DNA of 64,000 nucleotides. Origin: Mobula hypostoma. Its lineage: Eukaryota. The position numbers and the translations under genes are program-made. Location of the stretch: NCBI RefSeq assembly GCF_963921235.1, contig NC_086097.1, forward strand, positions 133,240,001-133,304,000, given 5' to 3'. The notes under the pieces were generated by a model, which was not told the origin of the DNA, did not search any database, and worked only from the letters and a program-made list of their open reading frames with translations. Position 1 is the first letter of the stretch. Each line of letters opens with the position of its first letter. Of this stretch, positions 40,806-52,561 are shown in pieces.

Positions 40806-41204
40806 TAATTCAAGAAAAATGCTATGAAAACAGAGGGATATTTGGGAGTCAGGGGAAAGTAATTTTAACAATGTTATTTATAAAATATGATACACCATGG
40901 GAAGAGAAAAAATTAGGATCAGGAGACCTGTTTAATCTGTTCTTTAGCTGCTTTTGCTCATATTACCCTATACAGTTAACATGATTGCTCTTTTCACTAT
41001 AAGAATAGTATATTTTTTATTCTATCTCTGGAGTAAACAGAGCCAGAGTCTGGTCATTCCCAGTGTCCCTGCTCCAGTCTAAGACCACATTTGTTTTGTG
41101 GGGCATTCGGTCAATGGAGTAAATTTGGTAATCAATTCTCTTGTAATTTCCCCACCCCCCCCCAAAAAATACTGGCCACAAGGAAGAGGTATTTTGAAGA
41201 AATA

Positions 41205-42233
41205 CAATGGCATGCAAAAGTTTGGGCACCCCGGTCAAAATTTCTGTTACTGTGAGTAGCTAAGCGAGTAAAACATGACCTGATTTCCAAAAGGCATAAA
41301 GTTAAAGATGACACATTTCTTTAATATTTTAAGCAAGGAAACTTTTTTATTTCCATCTTTTACAGTTTCAAAATAACAAAAAAGGAAAAGGGCCCGAAAC
41401 AAAAGTTTGGGCACCCTGCATGTCAATACTTAGTAACACCCCTTTTGGCAAGTATCACAGCTTGTAAATGCTTTTTGTAGCCAGCTAAGAGTGTTTCAAT
41501 TCTTGTTTGGGGGATTTCCACCCATTCTTCCTTGCAAAAGGCTTCTAGTTCTGTGAGATTCTAGGGCCATCTTGCATGCACTGCTCTTTTGAGGTCTATC
41601 CACAGATTCTCAATGATGTTTAGGTCGGGGGACAGTGAGGGCCATGGCAAAAGCTTCAGCTTGCGCCTCTTGAGGTAGTCCATTGTGGATTTTGAGATAT
41701 GTTTACGTTCATTATCCTGTTGTAGAAGCCATCCTCTTTTCATCTTTGGCTTTTTTTTTACAGATGGTGTGATGTTTGCTTCTAGAATTTGCTGGTATTT
41801 AATTGAATACACTCTTCCCTCTACCAGTAAATGTTCCCCGTGCCACTGGCTGCAACACAAGCCCAAAGCATGATCAATCCACCCCCGTGCTTAACAGTTA
41901 GAGAGGGGTTCCTTCCATGAAATTCTGCACCCTTTTTCCTCCAAACATACCTTTGCTCACTGCGGCCAAAAAGTTATATTTTAACTTCATCAGTCCACAG
42001 GACTTGTTTCCAAAATTCATCAGGCTTGTTTGGATGTTCCTTTGAAACTTTTGAATAGAACTTTTTGGCCGTAATGAGCAGAGGTATGTTAGGAGAAAAA
42101 AGGGTGCAGAATTTCATGAAAAGAACCCCTCTCCAACTTTATGCCATTTGGAAATCAGTTCATCTTTTACCTGCTTAGCTATTCACAGTAACAGAAATTT
42201 TGACCGGGGTGCCCAAACATTTGCATGCCACTG
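41205..42233 (-). mobile_element. Internally deleted Tc1/mariner DNA transposon
   Basis: ~100-bp TIRs (ca[a/g]tggcatgcaaa.gtttgggcaccccgg), TA on both sides (41203-04, 42234-35); DDE remnant QQDN...WPSLSPDLNIIENLW; inner direct repeat aaaagtttgggcaccc at 41401. Confidence 0.93.
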
Positions 42234-42569
42234 TAATTAAGTGAAGACGGAAACACACTCTAATGTTTTTTTTTAAAATTGCTTGAACATTTTTTTAATA
42301 TATAAATCTACATCCTCCAAAATGACTTGCTTTAGGCAGCGATCTACAGTTAAATGATGGGCTGATGACAGACCAATCTGGCCTGTAGTGGGAAACAGAA
42401 CATCTGCAGCAAACCCCCACAAACAGTACGATCATAACAGGATACTTCTTACTGACATTCAGCAATCAATAGTGCCTCTGATGCTGAAGAAAACTTGTAC
42501 TCTTGTCTGAAACTGTGTTCTGTGAGGATAGCCTTGATTTACAATGCCCTTGAAGGAAAAATCCTATGA

Positions 42570-42957
42570 AAATTAACGGATACAACTCAGTCCATCACGA
42601 GTAAAGCCCTCCCCAGCATTGAGCACATTCTTGCATCCATCACCAGGGACACCCCCAACCCAGGCTTCTCGCAGCTGCCATCAGGAAGGTGGTACAGGAG
42701 CCTCAGGACCCACACCACCAACTTCAGGAACAGCTATTACCCCTCTGTCTCCAGGCTTTTGAACTAGAGGGGATAACTTCACTTGCTCCGTTACTGAACT
42801 ATTCCCACAACCTATGGACCCACTTTCAAGGACTCTTCATCTCATATTCTCCATACTTATTTATTTACTATTATTTTTATCCTCTTTTAGGATTTGCAGT
42901 TTGTGGTCTGTTGCACACTGGTCTGTCCTGCTGGTGTGATCTTTCATTAATTCTACT
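42570..42957 (+). mobile_element. Rex1/Babar-like 3' fragment, continuing at ~46083-46148 after the CR1 insertion
   Basis: ccatcaggaaggtggtacaggagcctc (SGRxYRSL-like); tail aaatctcagggttgtatg...aactttg lies after the CR1. Confidence 0.75.
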
Positions 42958-45900
42958 ATGGTTGGGGGGTGGGAATCAAATTAAAGAGGCTAGGCGTGAG
43001 GACGTTAGTTCACAACAGGGGGATGGGAACCAGTGCAGAGAGACAGAGGGGTGTAAAGTGAGGGTAGAAGCAAAAAGTACTAAGGAGAAAAGTAAAAGTG
43101 GCAGGCCGACAAATCCAGGGCAAGCATTAAAAAGGGCCACTTTTCAACAAAATTGTATAAGGGCTAAGAGAGTTGTAAAAGAGCGCCTGAAGGCTTTGTG
43201 TGTCAATGCAAGGAGTATTCGTAATAAGGTGGATGAATTGAAAGTGCAGATTGTTATTAATGATTATGATATAGTTGGGATCACAGAGACATGGCTCCAG
43301 GGTGACCAGGGATGGGAGCTCAACGTTCAGGGATATTCAATATTCAGGAGGGATAGACATGAAGGAAGGGGAGGTGGGGTGGCGTTGCTGGTTAAAGAAG
43401 AGATTAACGCAATAGAAAGGAAGGACATAAGCCGGGAAGATGTGGAATCGATATGGGTAGAGCTGCGTAACACTAAGGGGCAGAAGACGCTGGTGGGAGT
43501 TGTGTACAGGCCACCTAACAGTAGTAGTGAGGTCAGAGATGGTATTAAACAGGAAATTAGAAATGTGTGCAATAAAGGAACAGCAGTTATAATGGGTGAC
43601 TTCAATCTACATGTAGATTGGGTGAACCAAATTGGTAAAGGTGCTGAGGAAGTGGATTTCTTGGAATGTATGCGGGATGGTTTTTTGAACCAACATGTCG
43701 AGGAACCAACTAGAGAGCAGGCTATTCTGGACTGGGTTTTGAGCAATGAGGAAGGGTTAATTAGCAATCTTGTCGTGAGAGGCCCCTTGGGTAAGAGTGA
43801 CCATAATATGGTGGAATTCTTCATTAAGATGGAGAGTGACATAGTTAATTCAGAAACAAAGGTTCTGAACTTAAAGAGGGGTAACTTTGAAGGTATGAAA
43901 CGTGAATTAGCTAAGATAGACTGGCAAATGACACTTAAAGGATTGACGGTGGATATGCAATGGCAAGCATTTAAAGGTTGCATGGATGAACTACAACAAT
44001 TGTTCATCCCAGTTTGGCAAAAGAATAAATCAAGGAAGGTAGTGCACCCGTGGCTGACAAGAGAAATTAGGGATAGTATCAATTCCAAAGAAGAAGCATA
44101 CAAATTAGCCAGAGAAAGTGGCTCACGTGAGGACTGGGAGAAATTCAGAGTTCAGCAGAGGAGGACAAAGGGCTTAATTAGGAAGGGGAAAAAAGATTAT
44201 GAGAGAAAACTGGCAGGGAACATAAAAATGGACTGGAAAAGCTTTTATAGATATGTAAAAAGGAAAAGACTGGTAAAGACAAATGTAGGTCCCCTGCAGA
44301 CAGAAACAGGTGAATTGATTATGGGGAGCAAGGACATGGCAGACCAATTGAATAATTACTTTGGTTCTGTCTTCACTAAGGAGGACATAAATAATCTTCC
44401 AGAAATAGTAGGGGACAGAGGGTCCAGTGAGATGGAGGAACTGAGCGAAATACATGTTAGTAGGGAAGTGGTGTTAGATAAATTGAAGGAATTGAAGGCA
44501 GATAAATCCCCCGGGCCAGATGGTCTGCATCCTAGAGTGCTTAAGGAAGTAGCCCAAGAAATAGTGGATGCATTAGTGATAATTTTTCAAAACTCGTTAG
44601 ATTCTGGACTAGTTCCTGAGGATTGGAGGGTGGCTAATGTAACTCCACTTTTTAAAAAAGGAGGGAGAGAGAAACCGGGAAATTATAGACCGGTTAGCCT
44701 AACGTCGGTGGTGGGGAAACTGCTGGAGTCAGTTATCAAGGATGTGATAACAGCACATTTGGAAAGCGGTGAAATGATCGGACAAAGTCAGCATGGATTT
44801 GTGAGAGGAAAATCATGTCTGACGAATCTCATAGAATTTTTTGAGGATGTAACTAGTAGAGTGGATAGGGGAGAACCAGTGGATGTGGTATATTTGGATT
44901 TTCAAAAGGCTTTTGACAAGGTCCCACACAGGAGATTAGTGTACAAACTTAAAGCACACGGTATTGGGGGTAAGGTATTGGTGTGGGTGGAGAATTGGTT
45001 GGCAGACAGGAAGCAAAGAGTGAGAATAAACGGGACCTTTTCAGAATGGCAGGCGGTGACTAGCGGGGTACCGCAAGGCTCAGTGCTGGGACCCCAGTTG
45101 TTTACAATATATATTAATGACTTGGATGAGGGAATTAAATGCAGCATCTCCAAGTTTGCGGATGACACGAAGCTGGGTGGCAGTGTTAGCTGTGAGGAGG
45201 ATGCTAAGAGGATGCAGGGTGACTTGGATAGGTTGGGTGAGTGGGCAAATTCATGGCAGATGCAATTTAATGTGGATAAATGTGAAGTTCTCCACTTGGG
45301 TGGCAAAAATAGGAAAACAGATTATCTGAATGGTGGCTGATTAGGAAAAGGGGAGGTGCAACGAGACCTGGGTGTCATTATACACCAGTCATTGAAAGTG
45401 GGCATACAGGTACAGCAGGCGGTGAAAAAGGCGAATGGTATGCTGGCATTCATAGCAAGAGGATTCGAGTACAGGAGCAGGGAGGTACTACTGCAGTTGT
45501 ACAAGGCCTTGGTGAGACCACACCTGGAGTATTGTGTGCAGTTTTGGTCCCCTAATCTGAGGAAAGACATCCTTGCCATAGAGGGAGTACAAAGAAGGTT
45601 CACCAGATTGATTCCTGGGTTGGCAGGACTTTCATATGAAGAAAGACTGGATGAACTGGGCTTGTACTCGTTGGAATTTAGAAGATTGAGGGGGGATCTG
45701 ATTGAAACGTATAAGATCCTAAAGGGATTGGACAGGTTAGATGCAGGAAGATTGTTCCCGATGTTGGGGAAGTCCAGAACGAGGGGCCACAGTTTGAGGA
45801 TAGAGGGGAAGCCTTTTAGGACCGAGATTAGGAAAAACTTCTTCACACAGAGAGTGGTGAATCTGTGGAATTCTCTGCCACAGGAAACAGTTGAGGCCAG

Positions 45901-46082
45901 TTCATTGGCTATATTTAAGAGGGAGTTAGATATGGCCCTTATGGCTACGGGGGTCAGGGGGTATGGAGGGAAGGCTGGGGCGGGGTTCTGAGTTGGATGA
46001 TCAGCCATGATCATAATAAATGACGGTGCAGGCTCGAAGGGCCGAATGGCCTACCCCTGCACCTATTTTCTATGTTTCTATG
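42958..46082 (+). mobile_element. Young CR1 (family A) with near-intact ORF2 (APE endonuclease + RT)
   Basis: One reading frame from ~42960 to 45991 broken only by TGA at 45338-45340; NARS, ETW, GDFN, SDH, QGSVLGP and FADD motifs; ttctatgt tail. Confidence 0.97.
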
Positions 46083-46580
46083 ATTGGATTGATTGAGTAT
46101 GCCCGTAAGAAAATAAATCTCAGGGTTGTATGTGACTTTTAACTTTGTACTCCTGTGCATTGGAACTGGTCTACCAGGCTCTATTGTAATTAGTCAGAAT
46201 ACTCTCTACTTTACACATAAATTGAGATACCAAAAAGCACTGCAGAAATTTGTCTTTCATTTAGCATCAGACCCAAAGGATTGCACCTTTGAGTGTTCAG
46301 CTCTTGTACTACTCCACCAAAATGTCAGGCAAGCTTTGAGTGCTGTAAGAGTCTGGGATAGACCTTTCAAAAGGTAAAAAAGCTGTTCATATATAACACA
46401 TGTACATAATTGTTTTTAACTCTGGCAAATGTACAGCCATCTTGCAGGTGTTAGCCTTCAGAGGTTCTGAACAGTTAAATGTAGCCAGAAGTATCAGTTT
46501 CTTTGATATTACTGACTCTGTACTCATTAATTCTACAAAGCACGTTTATTAAAATACACTGCCTTTAATGTTCCAAACAG

Positions 46581-46616
46581 GGGAAGAAAGGTGAAGGTTC
46601 ACCTGCTAGACGCTGA
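46581..46616 (+). CDS. MBP: MBP terminal coding exon, GKKGEGSPARR*
   Basis: Acceptor ttccaaacag|; C-terminus GSPARR matches MBP (mammalian GSPMARR); TGA stop. Confidence 0.95.
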   Translation, partial: GKKGEGSPARR

Positions 46617-48320
46617 ATCCCCCTCAAGTACAACAGGAAGGAATGCTTCAAAATGGAAAAATATCCTTGCTCTGTGTTGTATATTAACAGTCTTACTATT
46701 CATGCATTAACTAGCATTTACTGAGTCCCTCCAAAGAGAATGATTGCATACAAATATGATCTTTACCAATCAGGTATCTAGCCTGGTGCTCTTAATGCAA
46801 ACTTGCCTAATTCAAATTTATCTGTTAACCAGATTTTTAAAAAAGAACTGTTTATTTAAATTTCTTAATTTGAGCCACAGGATGTTGTGAGCAAAGAGAT
46901 TTTAAATTAACTGGAGTAGACAGTATAATGAATGGAATGTGTTATTGCTTATATATACTAGTCCCACAGTAATTCGAAATATTTTAGAAACGATGTGAAG
47001 GTGCCAATGGTCTTAGAACTCTTTCCACTCTCCTTTTCTGTGGATAAGGAATCTAATGTTTTATAATGAATTTTATTGCGTCTTAACACTATTACTGTAA
47101 AATATCATGACAATTGCTAAGGTTTTACTAAATATATTAGCACTGTGGTAAAGTGACATCTTGTCTGACAGTTGCTGTTCAATTCAATAAACTCCATTTT
47201 GAACAGAAATGTCATTGGTTACTTGTACCCAAAGAAGCATCTCAGTAGTATAATAATCCTGACTGTCTATTCTTCACACACTCTATGGTGCAATGCAGAT
47301 AAGCAGCATTACGTGTTGTAAAGCTGTGAACATTAAGGTGTTACACTAACATGATGTGTGAAAATGTTATCAGTAAGCTATAACCTCAAACTAACATTAA
47401 ATTCCACATCAATGGGCCAAGACCATTGCTATGTGAGTGCTCTTTTGAATTGCACTGTTCTTGAAATTGAAGCAATATTTTTATCACCTTTACATTTACC
47501 TTTTTGTTTGTTATCCAAGTGTAGTGCATTAAAATGGCAAATTTACACAAAGCTTAAGGTGGTTGCCTTCTCAGAGGTAAACACCCTTCATGTTAGCCAC
47601 GAGGGTGAATTGTCTCTGCAGCCATGAAACGTATACATGCACCAAGAATTTAATTTGAAAGAAATACAAGGGGATGATACACACTCACAGACACTGATAG
47701 GACACTCGTAGTCTACTTCTAGCACCTGCTGTTTTTACTGCAGATGTAGGAAGAGTATAGTTTATACCCGCCCTCCCTCGGTAATGCTGCTGCTACTGCT
47801 GCTCTTTGATTAGACGTCTTCCTTTTGCCAGTTGTGGCTTATTCTCCAGTGGGTGACAAAGCATGATACCATCCATTCTCCAACTGGTAATATCTAAAAT
47901 GCACAGGCAGGTGAAAGTAGAGACTTATTAATTAGTTTTCCGATCTATTGCCAGTTTATGTATGGTAACTTGCTTATAGAGAACACATACTAGAAAAAGA
48001 TGAATGATCATGTATGACTGAGTGATATTTCTGAATGTAAATGTAAAAAATAATGCAGCTAAACTGTTTGTCCATGTTAAAATAAAGTTAGTTATAATTC
48101 AACTACAAAGATTGCTGTTTTGCATGTTTGATGTTTGTTGAAAATGCTCCAAATTAACAAAGTTTTATTGCAAAATCTTTACAGTAGACCTCTCCCATGT
48201 TTGATGGTTTGAATGCCAGTCACTAACCACTTTACATTATCAAGAACAAAAAATAAGCTCTAATGGATTCCTTGTATCATTAAACAACTCTTCAAAATGT
48301 ATTATTGAAGCAATAAAGAG
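46617..48320 (+). other. MBP: Probable MBP 3' UTR (end uncertain)
   Basis: AT-rich sequence largely free of recognisable repeats after the stop codon; AATAAA at 47186-47191, 48081-48086 and 48312-48317. Confidence 0.6.
47345..47395 (+). promoter_or_regulatory. Candidate QKI response elements in the MBP 3' UTR
   Basis: ACTAAC cores at 47345-47350 and 47390-47395 with a TAAC half-site at 47381-47384; another ACTAAC at 48222-48227. Confidence 0.55.
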
Positions 48321-48959
48321 CTTAAAGTAACAAATCCTCTAAATCAATAAGGTCTGACTGCAACTATTTCATCCTAGGGAAGTATTAAGTAAAGATGTTT
48401 CTGAAAAGATAAACATTGCATTAAACAGAAAAAAGTATTCAAAGGACAAGCACTTTGTCACAAAGACAATGCCTTAAATAAGCTCACTATTTAAAATTTA
48501 ACATTTAGCAAATGAATGTGCAGAAGTGCCCAATGTGAATGTGGACCACAGGTTCCCAACCTGGGATCCATGGGCCCCTGCACTAGAGGGATATCTGTAC
48601 ACCCTGGGTATAGAGCACAAAGAAAATGGAAACTTATGGCCACTCAGCTCATCCTCTTACTGCCTGCCACAGTCAACGGATTTCCCCTATCCTCTCACAT
48701 GGTGCGGCCTTGAAAGTGATAGGGTACTGCAGGATGCCTCCATTACTCACCAAGACTTCTTCCAAAATCCCACGATCTTTTCCAACTGCAGAGACGGGTA
48801 GCAGGTAGCGTCACCACTTGTGAATTCTCTCCAACTTACTTTATCTGGGACTTGGAAATACATCAATGTTCCTTCACTGACGCTTGGATACAAATCCTGG
48901 AACTCTGTCCAACTGGAATGTGGGAGTACCTTTACCAAATTAATTAAGGCAGATTAAGA

Positions 48960-49230
48960 ATGGGCAGCACAGCAAGCCGAACTCCATTGATGCAGGTTCA
49001 ATCTGACTTAGGGTGCTGTCTGTGTGGAGTTTACACATTCTTCCTGCAACTGGTTTCTTCCTCCTTTCCAAAGACATGCTGACTAGGAAGTTAATTGCAC
49101 TGTAAACTGTCCATCTTCTGTGGGTGAGCAGGGAATGGATTGGTAGGACTATGGGGAGATAGGTTGGTGGGGGTGCAAAGCTGCTCTGGGGCAGCATAGA
49201 CTAAGGGGCTGAAATGGTCTCCATCTATAT
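48960..49230 (+). mobile_element. tRNA-derived V-SINE-like element
   Basis: ggttcaatct B-box-like site and gctgtctgtgtggagttt domain. Confidence 0.65.
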
Positions 49231-50169
49231 CAGTTGGAAAAATGGAAGGCAGCATCTCACTCCACTTCTTTAGGAAAATACAGCAAAAGGTGACTTTGTC
49301 AGAACTGCACATATCCTGAAAGAAATAACAAAAATAAAAATGTTGCAATTTCCTTGCAACTCCAAGGGGGCAGTAATGAGAGATAAACAAAATACGCATC
49401 CACTGGAAATTACGAGGATAGGGGTTGGGGAATTGACTTGATGGAATTTAAGGAGTTTTAAGACTTTGAGTATAGCAGAACTTACTGGTATGTGATGTTG
49501 GGGGTTGGAGTTTGGTCCACTCAGTTGAACATTACCCATCCACTACAGCTTGGTCATTCAGAAAAGTTAAGAGTACGTTTTTGGTGGGTGTCATCTGGAA
49601 AAAAACACCCATGCAAAGCAGGTGTTAGCTTGATATATTGTATTCAAATTGGACACCTTTGTTAACCAAGGCATGGAAACAGAGGAGCACGGCTGAATTT
49701 GAGATCTTTCTCAATGATGCATTTAGAACATTGAAATTGGCCAATAATGTACAGAGCATGTATACACTACCCGCATTGTAGTGTTACTCTTGATCATAGG
49801 GCACTATTACTGAAGTTGGTTGTCTCTGGCCTAGTGCAGTGGGAAGAACTTTAAAAAAATTCTAGTTCTCCAACATTCCAGTCCCTGTATGTGCCTTTCT
49901 GTTAGCTACAAGCTTAACACTCCTCAGCCAGTGAACATCCCCTGACATTCTAAGATATTATCCATCCTCACTTACCTTTCAAGAGGACAGTCACAGCCTC
50001 ACTCACAGGCCTGATCCCTGACCCCACTGCCTCATGACTCTAACTGATATAGAAGTCTGGGAAAATGTTCATTCTGTTGCCACCAAGGCTTTGAGCACGG
50101 CTGAAGTTTGCAGTAGTGAAGAGTAACTGAACCAATGTGGCCCACTGTATTAGAACATAGAAAACCTAC

Positions 50170-51533
50170 AGCACAATACAGTATTGACAGTTAGAATTTG
50201 TTAAAAATATTCCCAGAGTGCAGATAAATATAGCATTAGTTTTTAAAGCCAACGTAACCTTCCAATGACGAACTGGATTGTCCACTTAGTACCCATTTGA
50301 AAAAATAAAAACCTCACAAAGCTGATTATTAAAAACCAATAGTATTATTTGAAATATCTTGATTTAAATACATTACATATACATACAAAGAAGAAAAAAC
50401 ATCCCTTGAGTCACAAATTATACAATCTATATACACATTGTTTAAACAAAAAAATAAGCTCCATTGGAGACAGATGAAAAGCCAATCTTATGATTATCTT
50501 TCGAGATGCTCTTAGTTATATTTACATGCAACCCGATATTACAAATATCACAGGTATTTACAGTGATGTTCCAAAGTCAAATATAAATGTTGCACAATGT
50601 TATTTTGGGGGTGGGGGGGTAGGGTGGAATTAACACTAGTTATATAATACACTACGAAAAAATACATTAACGAAGTGCTCATGTAACAACAGTGCAAACA
50701 AAAAATACCTTAGGCATAGAATGGAGACAATATATACATAAATATCCATGTACAAGTCCCTTATCTAGAGACATTACCAAATGCACAAAATGTTGTGCTG
50801 TGTGTGTAAAGTGGGAACATCTACAAAAATATTCTTTGGAATGCAAACAAAATTCACTTTTATACAATCAGCCATTTATTTTCATTCACAGAATAGCTTT
50901 ATGTTCTGAAGACTAGTCACACTAGTGGCAAGTCATGACACTGCAGGCGAGTTAGAATGCTTGCAATAAAAAGCCAGGCAGATTGTAATTAGAGGTTCTC
51001 TGGAGATATGATAGACAATTGGCTCTGGTGGTGGGAGAGCCCATGAAATGGTCAGCCGGTGGGAGATGTGCAGCCTGGTTCTCCACTGTGCAATACTCTG
51101 AATGAGCAATCAGGCCAATTTAATTCAGCACAACTCCTGACACCACCACAATAAGTGTTCCCTGAATAGCTGAAATGAAGATAAGAAATTCCGTCGTGAT
51201 TAATCTTCAAAATTGTGTAAACGTCACATTATGCCGCATCTTCCAGAACTTGTAGATCATTCTCTCTTGCTTCATAATTAGACTGAGCACTGCATGCTCA
51301 TAATTTTAGCCCTTTAACTCAAGGTTAGAACCTTGCATTAACTCTTTATTCATGGTTTGTTTAACCTGGTGGCACATCCAACTTTTACCAATGACCCAGG
51401 CTGGTGGCTACCAAAGTCACAATGCCTGACCAAGATCAGGAAGAAATACCTCCAAATATATAAACAGTTGCTCCTGAATTTTCAAAACTCTATTTCTTAT
51501 ACTCAAGTTGGGTAGGAGTGCAAATGGTGTAAG
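50170..51533 (-). other. ZNF236: Probable ZNF236 3' UTR (end uncertain)
   Basis: Unique AT-rich sequence after the stop; minus-strand AATAAA at 51345-51350 and 50875-50880. Confidence 0.5.
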
Positions 51534-51664
51534 TTAGCGGAAAACATTTGCTATCCTACAATGCCATTCATTAGAGGATTCTGGTACAACTTCAACGAGA
51601 TCAAGACCACGACTGGCATCTTCTCCCTCTTGCTCTTGGCTGCTTCCAGTGTCTTGACCACTGC
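51534..51664 (-). CDS. ZNF236: ZNF236 terminal coding exon, (G)SGQDTGSSQEQEGEDASRGLDLVEVVPESSNEWHCRIANVFR*
   Basis: Acceptor ttctttttgctcctccag|; phase-compatible with the previous exon; acidic tail resembles the human EQDGEE...EVV...EW..VF end; TAA stop. Confidence 0.88.
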
Positions 51665-52384
51665 CTGGAGGAGCAAAAAGAACTTACTAGATTTTGCAAC
51701 AGATAGAATGGTAGGTGACATGGACATGCTGTAGCAAGCAGGTGGGATTATCAGTCTAAGAACACAATTAGAATCAATAAACTAATAGGCCCCTAGAAAC
51801 TGCTTCATCGCTAACTATGGTTGTTCCTCTCCCCCAACTTCCAGAGATTTGGCCCCACCACATCACCCACTTTGATGCACTGTCAGAGTTTAGAATAGAT
51901 TTTGTATTCAAATCAGTCATCTTACAAGAGATTCACTTCTGAGCAATTTATCTTGTATAGCTTTTCACTTTTATTTAGGTGCACTGCAACATGGTTGAGT
52001 CATGGAGCTAATATCCAAAGGCCTAGCCCACTGATCTAAAAACATGAGTTCAAATTCTATCCCAATCACCGCAAAATTTAAGGAACAAATAATGAAATCA
52101 ATAATTGTGACAGTGAAATGACTGGACCACAATAAAAACTTCTGGTTCACTTCTCAGGAAGGAAATCTGACTCCGTTCCACATTGTAGCTGCTACACTAA
52201 ACCAAACCTCATGTGGTTGGCATTGTACAAGCAGGACAGGCAACAAGTGTGATTTGCGTAATGGCAATAGATCCTCTACAGGAATAAGTAAAATCAATCC
52301 AATGATTCATTCTGCACTACCACACAGGAAGAACATGTACATTATTTTAACCATTAATTCAATCGCAATAAGTGGATCACTAAC

Positions 52385-52561
52385 CAGGAAAGCCGTGTGC
52401 CCTTTTCATATGTATCTTCATATTGCCTTTTTGTGTGAAGGAAATTCCGCAGTATTCACATTTGTACGGTCTCTCCCCAGTATGTTTCTTCATATGAACT
52501 TGTAGTGCATTTTTTTGGTTGAAAGCTTTTTCACAAAGGTTGCACTGAAATGGCCGCTCAC
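52385..52561 (-). CDS. ZNF236: ZNF236 coding exon with two C2H2 fingers, (G)[58 protein letters not shown]
   Basis: Acceptor gttttgcag| and donor |gttagt; 177 nt, phase 1 to 1; canonical TGERP linkers. Confidence 0.94.

Noticed and set aside
42689..45340. 883-aa ORF as a novel fusion gene
   Set aside because: The first ~90 residues are chance read-through of a Rex1 remnant into a CR1 ORF2; there is no ATG start and it lies in an MBP intron.
46617..48320. hnRNP A2 response element (GCCAAGGAGCC) in the MBP 3' UTR
   Set aside because: No convincing match seen.
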